The position numbers and the translations under genes are program-made. Under the pieces are notes generated by a model, which worked only from the letters and a program-made list of their open reading frames with translations, did not search any database and had not been told where the DNA came from. A stretch of 64,000 bases of DNA from Auanema rhodensis (lineage: Eukaryota; Animalia; Nematoda), in the NCBI GenBank assembly GCA_964057225.1, contig OZ059897.1:16306001-16370000 (forward strand), read 5' to 3'. Position 1 is the first letter of the stretch. Each line of letters begins with the position of its first letter. Of this stretch, positions 12,948 to 25,430 are shown piece after piece.

Positions 12948-15900
12948 ATGGAAACGAGTGATCCTATATTACGGTTTTTACCGGTAAATATGAGGGCTGG
13001 GGCCGTATTATTGGGAGGACTTTTCAGTATGTTAAGCTTTGGAACTGTATATACTTTCGGTAAGTACTGTTTCTATTATTTAATTGATATTTTAAAAAAA
13101 AAGGTGTGCGAATAAGTCTAATTGAGTCACATGTCGTTAAATTCTATGTTTGTATTCATCTATTGATTTCTCATAGTCGAATTTGCGAGGTTTCGGGTCA
13201 AATATACGTTGAGTTTGTTTGTACATTCTACAGAGAATTGATCGCATATTTAAACATTTTTTTCAACTAAAAACACTACTGTTTTGGAAAAGCAAAAAGT
13301 GAATTTACATTGATGTCTAAAGCATTTGATAATATCAAGAAAAAGTACGAAAAAAGATAAAATGGTTTGATAAGTTGTTTCAGTTGATCTTTGCTGTGTT
13401 TAAAAATTATATAGGGGTCAATGTACTCAGAGTACTCAGTAGAATTTAATAATTAGAAAAAATGGATTAAAAATCAAGAAAAGATTATGCATTATTTCAG
13501 GTAACATGCTACCATATATGGTTTCCTTTTTACGATGGAAAGTTGATCCTACTCTCACTGCCGGTTCTATGATTTGGCTTCAAACATTACTAAGTGAGTT
13601 TCTTATGGAATTATGTAGTTGATTTTTGATTAAAGAGATCAGTATTTCGTATAATTTTAATCGAATTCATAAGAATTACTTGATTTTATCTACGCCATTA
13701 GCTATAAAATCGGAATTTATTTATACGTTTAATATAATCAATCAAATTTTGATTAAAGATTGTTTCTTCACTTTATTACTATATACGTATAGTTAAGTAT
13801 TGAATTAGTCGAATGGTTGATGTTTCGCATGCTATAAGCATAATAAATGATCCTTCTATAAATGGTAGTAAGATTGAGAGCTGAGCTTTAATTGCTATCA
13901 ATAATGAATGAGATGTCGTCCTGTTAACGATCTCATTTGATTTTCATAGATTTTATTGACAACCTGCTGGTCCTTATGGTTTTGTATGTCTCACTTACTC
14001 TCCTCTTACTTTATATTTTTCACTTTCTATCTCTCTCGTTTCTATATTATATAGCTCAATATTTTACCTTTGCTGCTCTGCTGTGTCTATTTGTCTCCCG
14101 TTCATTCATACTCTCTCCCAGTCAGGTTAACAACACCGTAAAAGGATATACACATAGATGTAGATATTGAATCTCAAGATGAGGGACAGACAAGAAAATC
14201 TTCAGAAAAATTTAACAAATACTTGATTATGTTATAATTTTATTGGTTAAATTTAGGCGGAGTACCATTTGCTATGATAGCTGGCGGAATATTGGAACGA
14301 CGATTGGGTGGCAAAAAGGCAGCTATAATAGGATCAATGATGTATACGTACGTGTTTTCCTCTTTTTATGCAAAAGGGTAGATTGATAAAGGGGGAAGTA
14401 GTGAGACAACCACGAATTTATATGAATGAAATTGTGTCATAAACAATTTGATAGTGAAAATACTCGACAAGGTGATATCATGAGCATGTATACCGTATAG
14501 TATTCATTTTTCTGATTATCTAGAGAGACAGCTGGATGATGTAATCATAATCCTTAAGCTAAAAATTATGGAGATTCTTATTGCAAAAGTCGATAGCATC
14601 ATTGAAGGGATACAGAATTGTGTAACAAGAGGAGCAGTATGCCGTTAATTTAGATTTAATTCTTAATTTGATATTTGTCTCAAGCAGTGTACCCATCATT
14701 TTCGCGCAAATCATATAATTTGTATTTTACTTAAATAATACAGGATATTAATGATGTAAAATAGATAGAAAATACTTTTGTAATAAGGATAAAATAAAAT
14801 ACTTAAAAGGGACTATTTACTTTAAAATAATTTAATTTGAACAACTCACTCATCTTTTTCATATAAAATGTTTATTATGAATAGTTCGCGTGAAATTTTA
14901 TAATTATACTTATACTTATTAATACTGATTAATAGTTTTTTTCTATATTTGAAGATAGGGTGTGGCCAAATGATCTTTTCTCAATCTTTTATTGAATATA
15001 TTATCTGTTGATATTGACAGTAAGAATACAGAAGTTTGATGAACAGTTTACTTATCTGTCTGTCCTAATTCTATCCGATCGCATTATGATGAAGATATGC
15101 AAAAAAAAGTTTTATATCCTTCGAATAAAATGAGTTTTTGCAATAGCTTAAACATAAATTCTGATTAAATATTGGCTGCTTCAAATATAATGGTTTAACT
15201 AATGCCTTATAGCTTTTATACGAGGTTTTAAAAATTATTATGATGATGTTGGTATACTTAACTCGTTAACCTGTATATTCAGTTATATGAAAAGCTCATT
15301 ATGTACCATAAGCATTTAAGGTGGCAATCAGATCCGTGAGAGAATAAGAGAAGAAAGATATGATTGAACGAAATGAGGCAATATTTCAGTCATTTAGTGC
15401 CAGGTGCTTATACGATTCCTCGCGTGTCTTACCCAATCAAGCTAACCTATAAGCATCTCTCAATCACCACAGTTGATGTCGTATATGGATAATTTCATTC
15501 TACTAAATTAAGAATATGTTGTTATAAATGGCTTACTGTATTAACCAAATGAGGTAAATGAGGAAATAAAATAAATTATTCGAGATTTCACTCATAACTA
15601 TCCAAAAGAGGCCATAATACATATAACGTTAGGCACTGTTATTTTTTATTAGAAGAAGTAGGGGAAAATAATAGAACTTAATATAATTAAAATATTATTT
15701 TATATAAAAATATTTTCAGTGGAGGAACTGCTTTGACTTATATCACTATTCAAAAATCATATGCTTTGGTTTTACTTTCTATGGGGCTCATTGCTTCATT
15801 TGGCGGTAGCATAGCATACAATGCTATTTTAACAACAGCTCAAAAAGTAATTTTATATTATTATTATTTCTTTATAAAAATATATTTAGTGGTTCCCACT

Positions 15901-17184
15901 TAATATTGGAATGGCCAGTGGATTAATTGTCGGAGGATATGGATGTGGAGCTTTTATCCTTTCACCATTACAAACTTCTTATATAAATCCACTGGATTAT
16001 AGAGTTAACGATGAAGGCTATTTTACACAAGAAGACTTGCTAGAGAGGGTATTACTTTGATTCTTATTAGGAAATTGTTATAATTAATCTTTATAGGTTC
16101 CTTATGTGTTTATTGTCATGGCTACAGTATTTTTCCTTCTCCAAACAGTAGGAATTCTGTTTGTAGGCCCACCAAAAGAGGTACAACTTTTATTTTTTAT
16201 CTAATAATATTTTCCAACATTATTAGGATCATGATGAGGGTGATAATCTTATTCCTACTAATCATTCACAACCTTTATCTGTTCAATTAAAGTAAGTTTA
16301 ATATACAGTTATACAATAATTTTCTTTTAATTTGTCAGATCAACAACATTCATAGTTTTATTTATTTCGCTTACATTAAACTCGTTATGGGTTCAGATTG
16401 TTAGTGGATTATATAAGGTAAAATATTTAAAAAATAAAATATACATATCATATTTAGACTTATGGTCAACAATTCATATATAGCGATATGTTCCTTTCAT
16501 TTGTTGGATCACTTTCTTCAATTGCTAATGCTGCGAGTAGAATAGGCTGGGGATTGGTTGTAGATAAGGTATAAAGATATGTTTCATAAACTATTTTAAT
16601 GGTATTATTTCCAGTCATCTTATCAATCGTGCATGAGCATCGTTACAGCTTTTGCAGCTTGCTCTATTTGGCTTTTGCCTACAATCAAATGGATAGGAAA
16701 CGATATGGTTTTTTTACTTTCTGTAAGTTATAAATGAATATCATTAATGCTGAAACACATAAAACACTCATTGATATGTTTAGATCTGCAGCATGTTTAC
16801 TTGTATCGGAGGAACTTATTCCTTATTTCCATATATTACAAATAGATGCTTTGGAAAAACAAATTTTGGAGTAATCTATGGAACTTTACAGACATCTTTG
16901 GTATGTTACATTGCATCACACAAAAAAACAACAAAAGCGTAACTTTTCAGTGCGTAGCAGGAATTATTGCTGGATTTCTGTGTCAATTTTTACTCCCACT
17001 GATTGGTTATGAATCACTTTTCATTATAGCCGGATTGTATGGTTTTTCAAATTTAGAAAATTACTAATTTTTGTATTTCAGTGGAATGGCTGGTTCGTTC
17101 GGACTTACAGTAATCTTACATCATACTGATATGGCCGAATCTCCTTCGCAGTACTCTTTAATCGTCGATGACGATCAATATTGA
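12948..17184 (+). CDS. Major facilitator superfamily transporter (oxalate:formate antiporter/MCT-like), ~13 exons
   Basis: Spliced product METSDPILRFLPVNMRAGAVLLGGLFSMLSFGTVYTFGNMLPYMVSFLRWKVD...GGILERRLGGKKA...AQKWFPLNIGMASGLIVGGYGCGAFILSPLQTSYINP...ANAASRIGWGLVVDK...FGKTNFGVIYG...DDDQY*. Many hydrophobic segments and MFS loop motifs. Large introns at 13060-13500, ~13595-14256 and ~14348-15719. An alternative in-frame ATG lies at 12915. Confidence 0.88.
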
Positions 17185-17425
17185 ACAATCTGAATTTACG
17201 AACAATTGGATTTTCTAGTCGATTCAGATGATTTTTCTTCGATAACAGGTTTCATTTAATATGGAATTTTCAAAACGGGGCTCATATTCATCTTCAATTA
17301 AACAACATCTCAGAAGCAAATTGTGATTTCATAGGGCATTAAAACTTATTTTCGTGTAGACATGCTAGATATTGATAATTAAAATAATTTATGAATTCGA
17401 TTTCTAAACAATTGTAGTGTTGTGA

Positions 17426-18436
17426 TTAAAAATCTCTGAAGAACAAATTCTTATTTGAATTCTTGCGTCTCAACATTTTCACCTGTTGACGACAGTATGG
17501 AATAGCTTGATCTCCTTCGTACCTAAAGTAATGTTTATACTATTTTAATTGTTGTGCCAAATCTGATACCATTGGCAGATCAAATTTGGAATATCGTTCT
17601 GATAAAGCTGAGCAGAGCTAAGAGAAACGTTGTTGAACAAAAGCCATGGAACGTGCTTGTGCTTTTCAGGCCAAACATTAGCTGTTCTTTCACCAGCTTT
17701 CTGTTGCAGCTGCTTTCCGAGACTGGAAACCAAGCAAGACCTGAAGCGATCAAAACTAATACTTGGTATCTTCTGAAAACTTACTGAATCATTCGTTGAA
17801 CATCGAAGCCAATTTGCAATGTTTCGAAACATTTGGCTGCAGCATCTTCGAAAGCGGCGCCTTCCTGCAAGAAACACTTGAAAAAAACAAAAAATGAAAT
17901 AAAACTTGCCTTTAATTGTTTTTCAAGACAATAAATCATAGGAACATATTGCTTTTGATCCTGAGTTGCATCTATCAAGCATGATTCGAACATATTAATG
18001 CGGCACTCATCTTCGCCATGTTGGCAAACTATTCCTCCATCCTAAATTTAAAATTATTTAAAGTTATAGATAGTTTATCTTACTTCTCTCTTAGCATTGC
18101 CGTATGGAACAATCTCTATCTTAACATAATCTCCAAAAACTTGGAATATTTTAGGATAAAGAATTTCAGTGATGAAGGCTTGGCAGCCTCCACAAAGGCC
18201 TTCCATAAGAAGAGTTAGCTCTACTGGCTTGTTCTTCACAGCAGTTCGATAGCTAAATATAGTTAAACATAAGAAAATTTAAAAGTATGCTACCTATCAC
18301 ATTTCTGTTTGAAATCGCATTTTTTCTCTAATTCCGTATTTCCACACCAAAAAGAAGGAGGAACTGATGGGCAAAGATCGCTGTCTAAAGCAGATGCAAC
18401 TAGAACAGTTGCAAGAAAGACAATAACAAGTTTCAT
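17426..18436 (-). CDS. GILT (gamma-interferon-inducible lysosomal thiol reductase) family protein, copy 1, canonical CGGC active site, N-terminal saposin-A-like segment
   Basis: Signal peptide [16 protein letters not shown]; [10 protein letters not shown]..; [13 protein letters not shown]; IVPYGNA; signature [16 protein letters not shown]; HVPWLLFN; ends FFRDF*. Confidence 0.92.
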
Positions 18437-18642
18437 ACTTGTATTAAAACTCCAATTATTTCTCTGAAAAGTAAAATTGTAATAAATAATAGAAATTGAA
18501 AGTTAAAGTTAAATAGACATTGAATAAACAATTTTGCAGCGAATGTACAATTGATGTAAAATCTTCATTGGAATTATAAACGTTCTGGGAACAACAATTT
18601 CAAACAAATCATAAGAATATTTTTACAATTTATACAGTGGTT

Positions 18643-19655
18643 CTAATCCATCCGGCGAGATGATTTCATTGTGAGATTTTTACGCATAGAAGCGCAATAT
18701 GGTATAGCTTTGTCACCTTTGTACCTAGAAATGAATAATAATATTATAACAGGTTTAACTTTAAATACCAATCGCACACTAAACTTGGAATGGAATAAAT
18801 AAAACGCTGAGCTTTTGATAATGAGATATCATTAAACAAGACCCAAGGAATATTGGTGTGCTTGTCGGGCCAAATGCTAGCAGTTGTGTTGGCTGCTAGG
18901 TGTTGAAGTTTGATTCCCTCATTTGAAGAATCACAAGTCCTTCAATTTAAAGAAAAGATAAATTTTTGCGGTTGAAATTGAATTCTCTTACTGAATTATT
19001 TTTTGAAGATCATGGCCGATGCCTAATGTCGCAATACATTTTTCATTGGCTTTATCGAAAGGTGACTTATTCTGAATGAAACAAAATTTCTTTTCTAATA
19101 AATACGATATACAAACCTTCAACATATTTTCCAAACAATAGATAAAAGGAACATACAAATTTTGACTTTTCAAAGTACTAATTGCGCATCCTTCATATCT
19201 ATTAATTCGACATTCATCTTCTCCGTGTTGGCAAACGATTTCATTTTTCTAGATTGAAAAAATATATAGTCCATTAGTACTTCTAATCAATTAGTACAAA
19301 CCACAATCTTTGCATTTCCATAGGGAACAAAGTCGATATTTACGAAATTTCCTACATTTTTGTAAACTTGTGGATAAAGATGATTAATTAACCAATTTTC
19401 GGTATCTGGACATAGAGATTCAATCAAAACAGTAAGTTTTACAGGTTTGTTGAATGTGGCATTGCTATATCTAAACAACAACAATAGACCTAAACTAAGA
19501 ATATATCCATACCTTTTACACAAGTCAGTGAAGTTGCAAGTTGAGATTATTTCATCATTGCTACACCAAAAGTTGAATGGAATACTTGAACAATCCACAG
19601 CTAAACTCACTCCACAAAACGTTGAACAAAGAAAAATAAAGAAGATGAGCCGCAT
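18643..19655 (-). CDS. GILT family protein, copy 2, CPDT (CxxT) active-site variant
   Basis: Signal peptide MRLIFFIFLCSTFCGVSLA; CSSIPFNFWC; LIESLCPDT; FVPYGNA; [16 protein letters not shown]; NIPWVLFN. Intron positions match copy 1. Confidence 0.92.
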
Positions 19656-20765
19656 TGTCTAAGGGAATTAGTTTAAAATCTAAAGAACTTGAGAGGTTGA
19701 TGGTCAATATTTCATTTTAATCTCAGAAAACAAATTAATTAATATTACAACAATTTCTATTACACGCTTAGGCCTTCAAAGTTGAAAACAACGCCTGGTA
19801 CCACAAGGACAGTTGGCTCCTTTGGACTAAGAAAATAAATGTCATTTTTATTGAATATCCAAAACTACTGTAAGTTTATATCAGCACAAAGGTAACCTCA
19901 CTTAATCACACAGATAGAAAGGGAGAATTTATCTCTTAGGACATTTACATTAGAAAAAGTATTATTGGAAATCATCGAATATTCTAGTGCAAGATATCTA
20001 TCAGCAGTAAGATTAATCAAATAACTATCTTCCTGTTTTAAAATCAAGTCAGTATGCCTCAGTCTTCAGTACTTGCAATAATTTGATACTTATCAGTGAA
20101 AATAAAGAAAAAAATATATAATAGTTATACACTCATTATTGTCCAATAGAGAGCTAAGGTAGCTCTACGAATAAAACTTCTACAGTGTTTGAGTGTTTCA
20201 CACATGTTTGAACCATATAATCCTAAAGCCCAAACGAATTTAAAAAAGGAATATTTATTAAAAAAAACATTGTTAACTGCTCAATATCATAATGTTTTGG
20301 AAAAAATTAAATAAAAAATATTTATCATTTCATGTTATATCCGAACTTCAAGCAATAATGCGAGTTATAGTTATGTGGACATTTAGAATTGTTTTATATC
20401 CTGCCATACAATACCCAATGTTTCTAAATATAACTAAGTCGTGAAAATTCTATGACTAATAAGCTCTTTTTGTTCACTAATTTAATGCTAGTCTTTCTTT
20501 TCGAATGTATTAAAAACGTATTTCTTATTGAATCAAACAACAGTAAACAATCATCTTAGGACTAACTTCTGTATTGCTTTTGATTTGGAATATATAATTT
20601 GTTTAATAAATTGTTTCTTTTGTACTTTGCCTCAATTGTTTAAGCAAACGTTTATCTCGACAACGCCACTTTTTCATTCTCACGCAAGATTGCGGATTAA
20701 ATAATTTTTTCTATTGTGGACAGTTATTCTGTTAAGCTACTGGGCTACTTACATTAATTCCATCA

Positions 20766-22488
20766 ATGACTTTTCCTTTAAAAAAAGACAATTGGAAAAG
20801 ACCTTTAGCTTCTTTAGGATATCATGGAGTAGAAGAAATTGTTGATGGTTAGTTTTATTCAGCCATTGTTTTATTCTTTGTGTTTGTAGTAATTGCGCCT
20901 CCGAAGAAGAAAAAAGTTAAAGAGTTCAATTTTGGATTACATCCTAAAAGAAAAATTGCTTTACAATTTTTGTATTACGGCTGGGAACACGATGGATTAG
21001 TGCAGCAAACTAATACAGACAATACTGTGGAGAAGGTGAATAACATTTTGCGAATATAACGAGAATGTAATGCGGTTATAATTGTTTAAGATTTTGATGG
21101 ATGCTTTGTTGAAAACGAAACTGATAGAAAGTTGGGCTACATGTGATTTCTCAAGATGTGGACGGACCGACAAAGGTGTTTCAGCATTTAAACAAGTAGC
21201 TGCTTTGATTGTAAGGTGCTATTTTATAATCAGCTCCAACTCTCAACTTATAATTTTATTAGATCAGCTAACCCTGACGATCTCTTTGCCTTCTGGCCTC
21301 AAGGAACAGATGGGAATATTATGAAATCGTATGAATCTAAACCAGAATTAGCGTATTTGAAAATGCTTAATGGAGTTCTTCCAGAAACAATCAAAGTAAC
21401 AGCGTCGGTTACTATGATGTTACTTGATTTCTAATTTTCTGTTTCTAGTTGGGCTCCAGTACCCAAAGACTTTTCTGCTAGACATGGCTGTAATTTAAGA
21501 ATATATAAATATAGCTTGCCTAGAGCAAATTTAAATGTTGAGGTTAGTTTATTTTTTAAAATATATTCAAATCAAATTTACAGAAAATGCGAGATGCCGC
21601 CCAACTTCTTATTGGCAAACATGACTATAGAAATTTTTGTCAGGTATTTCGATGTTTTCTTGATATTTTCTTGTTCTTTTAAAGATAGACATGAATGAAG
21701 CACGGGTCACAATGTCTTATGTTAGAGAAATTCATGAGGTGTCTATCACTGACCTAGTACAGTAGGGATTACTTATGGACGTTGTTTTCAAACTCCGTTT
21801 CAGAACAAATTCTCCTTACGACATGATTGAGTTAACGGTGAAAGGAACTGGATTCCTATGGCATATGATTAGGTTTATTGTTACTGTGTTGCATGAAGTA
21901 GGTCGTGGTATGGAGAAACCTGAGGTATACTCAAGTATTTTTGGGTGATTTTATTTTTTGAAAATTTAAGATTGTATCTATGTTATTGGATATCGAGAAA
22001 ACTCCTCGAAGACCGCATTATGCTTTAGCTGTAGACAAACCCCTTTGTCTTTTCGATTGCCGGTAAAACTTATATATTAAAAAGAATGTTTTTTTTTGTA
22101 TTTAAGATTTGATTCTCACAATCTTCAATGGACATATGACGAAAAGTGTCTTGAAAAATCAGTGAAAGAACTCCAAGGTACTCTTGCAAACTTTTTGGCA
22201 CGGTAAGTAGTTAAATAGTTCGAGTGTTATGCTTAATATTATAGAGCTCATTTGGTTCAAAATATGGTTAATGAATTAACATCTTTGCCGGCTGCAAAAA
22301 ATATAGATATTAATAAAGGTTTGCTAGAATATACACAGGTAATTTATTTGATGTTTGCTTTTAAAGTTGTCTATTTTTAGGATCGTCCTTTGCCTATAAA
22401 TTATATTCCATTTGTTGAAAGAAGCACATGTGATAGCTTAGATGAAAAGTTGGCTAAATTGAAAGCCAAAGCTGCTAGTAAGAATTAA
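20766..22488 (+). CDS. PUS3: tRNA pseudouridine(38/39) synthase, PUS3/Deg1 (TruA family)
   Basis: Spliced product contains [12 protein letters not shown], catalytic [38 protein letters not shown] and [13 protein letters not shown]. The start codon is tentative. Confidence 0.93.
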
Positions 22489-22651
22489 AGTTTGTTTAAT
22501 TGTTTCTTATTGTTATCTGTTTGTTGAATGTTACTGTTATTTTCTTATTTTTATAAATGAAATTAGCATAATTGATTAACTTATTACTTGAACATGTTCG
22601 TGCATGATCTACTGCAACAATGTTTTATATTGTTTTATTTTTAATTTATAG

Positions 22652-23733
22652 ATGTCATCACGTAAGCTTAGTGTTTTAAATTACAAGAAACAGTTCATAG
22701 ATCTTGAGGGTATGTAGTCTATTCATTTTCTTCATTAAAAATAATTTTTTAGATGATAAAGAGTTTATCACATTTCTATGTGACATGGATGAATTGTATT
22801 TGAAGTTGAAGTCCGAAGATTGGCTTGCAACAATTTTAGATGAGAAGAATTCTGAAAAGCAGGATGAGCTAGTGAAAGAGGTTTTTTCTTGTGCATTCAT
22901 ATTTTATATAATTTTTTATTGCAGTATATCACTTCACTTAATTTGGATAAATCAGCACCAAGAAAAGTAATTGCCAATCATATTTTGGATTTAGCAATCG
23001 AGAAACTATATAATAATGATTGTATATATTGAACATGTGGAATCCCTTTCAAAAATTAATTTTAATTCCAGTAGAAGCTCAACAAATGACAGCAGAAGTT
23101 TACAATCAGGCAACAGAAAAAAAAATGAAAGCTATATCAGAAGACAATCCTTTTACTGGAATAGACTGTAAAGTTTTGATCAAACAGGTGAAACATACTC
23201 ATAATATATTTACAGATAAATCTTCCGAATTTGCTTCATTAATCGATGAGTTGTGTAGAACCTGTGGTATTGCACCATATCCCGATCCAGCGATTCGCTT
23301 ACAGGTAAATCTATAAGTATTAACAGCATTTTTTCTATTCTCGTAAAGGCTGCTTGCTTATTTATCAAACAGAATCTATCTGTGGAAACCATCAAAGAAA
23401 GGAATAACGACAATCCTACATCGGTAATCATACTTAATACATTTTGTTTATGAACGTTGTCTTTCAGAAATCATTTGATCTGGAATCCATTCCTCTTGGT
23501 TTTCCTGAAGAAAAAGACAAATTTTTGAACACTGCAGCTCGTATATTGCGAGTTCTAAATGTATCCTCTTTAAGAAATACTCAAACTTTGGTAAGTTAGC
23601 AGCATGTATATTTATCTATATATATATATATGTTATGTTACAGATCAATGAAACATTAGTGAGTATTCAAAATATAACTATTGATCAAACTAAGAAGCCA
23701 AATATGAGTCAAGTACAGTACGGAAAATCATAA
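22652..23733 (+). CDS. RTRAF: RTRAF/C14orf166 (CGI-99)-like protein, tRNA-ligase complex subunit
   Basis: ATG directly after TTTATAG. Product MSSRKLSVLNY...PYPDPAIRLQAAC...IPLGF...AARILRVLNVSSLRNTQTLINETLVSIQNIT...QVQYGKS* resembles the conserved RLL-family C-terminus. Confidence 0.8.
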
Positions 23734-23909
23734 CTTATTAATGTTTTAGCTTTGCTATTTTGTTTTTTTTTACCTATTAAACCTATTATTTATTACCGAC
23801 ATTAAATACGGGGAATGCATTGTTTTTATATTTTTATTTAAAGTGTACTTACTTGCTTTCTATCTTTCAATTTCGATCTGGTTCAGTTTTTTTTATTTAA
23901 ATTTCTTAG

Positions 23910-24581
23910 ATGGCTACTCCTGAAACTCGAGTTCGACCAAATATTTTGATTACTGGAACCCCAGGTACGGGAAAAAGTACGTTGGGGCAGGAATTAGCTA
24001 ATAGACTGGGCTACGATTTCTTAGAGGTTTTCTTTATTTCGAAATTTTTATATTAATATTATCTATATTTAGATTGGCAAAATTGTCCGTGAAAATAGCC
24101 TATATTCAGAGTTTGATCCAAAATATAATAGTCACGTTTTAGACGAAGATAAGCTTTTGGATCATATTGAAGTAAAACTTGATTTTGACAAATGTTCTAA
24201 CAATTATGTAATACTTCAGGATAGAATGAATAGTGATGAAGGAGGAGCCATTGTTGATTATCATGGTTCTGAATTTTTCCCGGAACGATGGTTTGATTTC
24301 GTTTTTGTTCTTCGCTGTCCAAACAATGTGCTCTATGATCGTTTGAAAGCTCGGGGTTATGATGACTTCAAAGTTCGTACTTTTTCTGTTTTTCTTACTA
24401 ATGTTTTTAATTTTTTCAGACAAAGGAAAATGTTGAATGTGAAATTTTTGGAACTTTACTACAGGAAGCAATGGAATCATATCCAGAAGAAAGAGTTCAT
24501 GAAATTCCTTCCGAGTCGGTAGATGATATGGGTTCGAATTTGGACAAAATCGTCGAGCTTGTTGGACAATGGAAAAAATAA
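23910..24581 (+). CDS. AK6: Adenylate kinase 6 (AK6/Fap7/CINAP)
   Basis: RPNILITGTPGTGKST P-loop, LDEDKLLD, IVDYHGSEFFPERWFDFVFVLRC, LYDRLKARGY, ENVECEIF; 4 exons. Confidence 0.96.
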
Positions 24582-24739
24582 ATTGCTGTTAAGATCTTGT
24601 TGTTATTTTGTTTTGTTTTTGTTTTATGATAATATTTTGAAAATCGAAAGTATATAATCGAATTGGTCTTCTGGGTTTTATCCGTATATTTATCTCTTTT
24701 ATCTCTTTTATCTTAGATTTGTTTTAAAATTTCTTTCAG

Positions 24740-25219
24740 ATGTGTCAAATGTGGCAACGAATTCGTTACGGCGTTCGCTGGAACCCTGCGGAAAGATTAG
24801 CATTGGCTTCCAGAAATCTCAATTTGGCTAAAGTTAAGACTATTGATATTTCAATGGATCCTTTCCATGAAGGAAATCATTCTCTAAGGTAATTTAATAT
24901 TTTTGGGAAATAAAATTAATCCAAAATCTTAGAACTTTTTGGCACAGTATATCCGCACCTCGAGTTCGTATGACGAATCCAACTGTTAAAGTCAAAGCAG
25001 AGATTAGAAATGATAGGAAGCCACCTTTTTTTGTTGCCACCTTAGGTACCAAATAATAATAAATGTCGTTCTTTCATTTTTTTTCATACAGATGATGGCA
25101 GAAAATTGCAGTTTAATACAGATAATATGCCGGCTATGGATGTTATTATGAGATTCAATCGCTTATTAGGAAATGCAGAGTTAGGTAAGGCCGGAACAAG
25201 ACCTCGACCCAAAATTTAA
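24740..25219 (+). CDS. mrpl-53: Mitochondrial ribosomal protein L53-like
   Basis: 3 exons: ...LNLAKVKTIDISMDPFHEGNHSLRTFWHSISAPRVRMTNPTVKVKAEIRNDRKPPFFVATLDDGRKLQFNT..., matching the mL53 pattern (V..I...F.PF...R.F......KVR.TN). Confidence 0.8.
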
Positions 25220-25430
25220 TAAGAGTTTGTTGATTTTGTTATATTAGATAATGTTCTGTTAGTTTGTATTTGTAGTAAACTCAAACAAAAATTGTTTATT
25301 TTCCTGACAAAAAATTAATATTTTAAAATAGTGTTTGGACATTGAGATAGAATTGAGACCAAGGATAATAGTTAACGGTTTTTACAGGTATGAACACCAT
25401 AATGAAATTTATAAAATTGATACCACCCCA

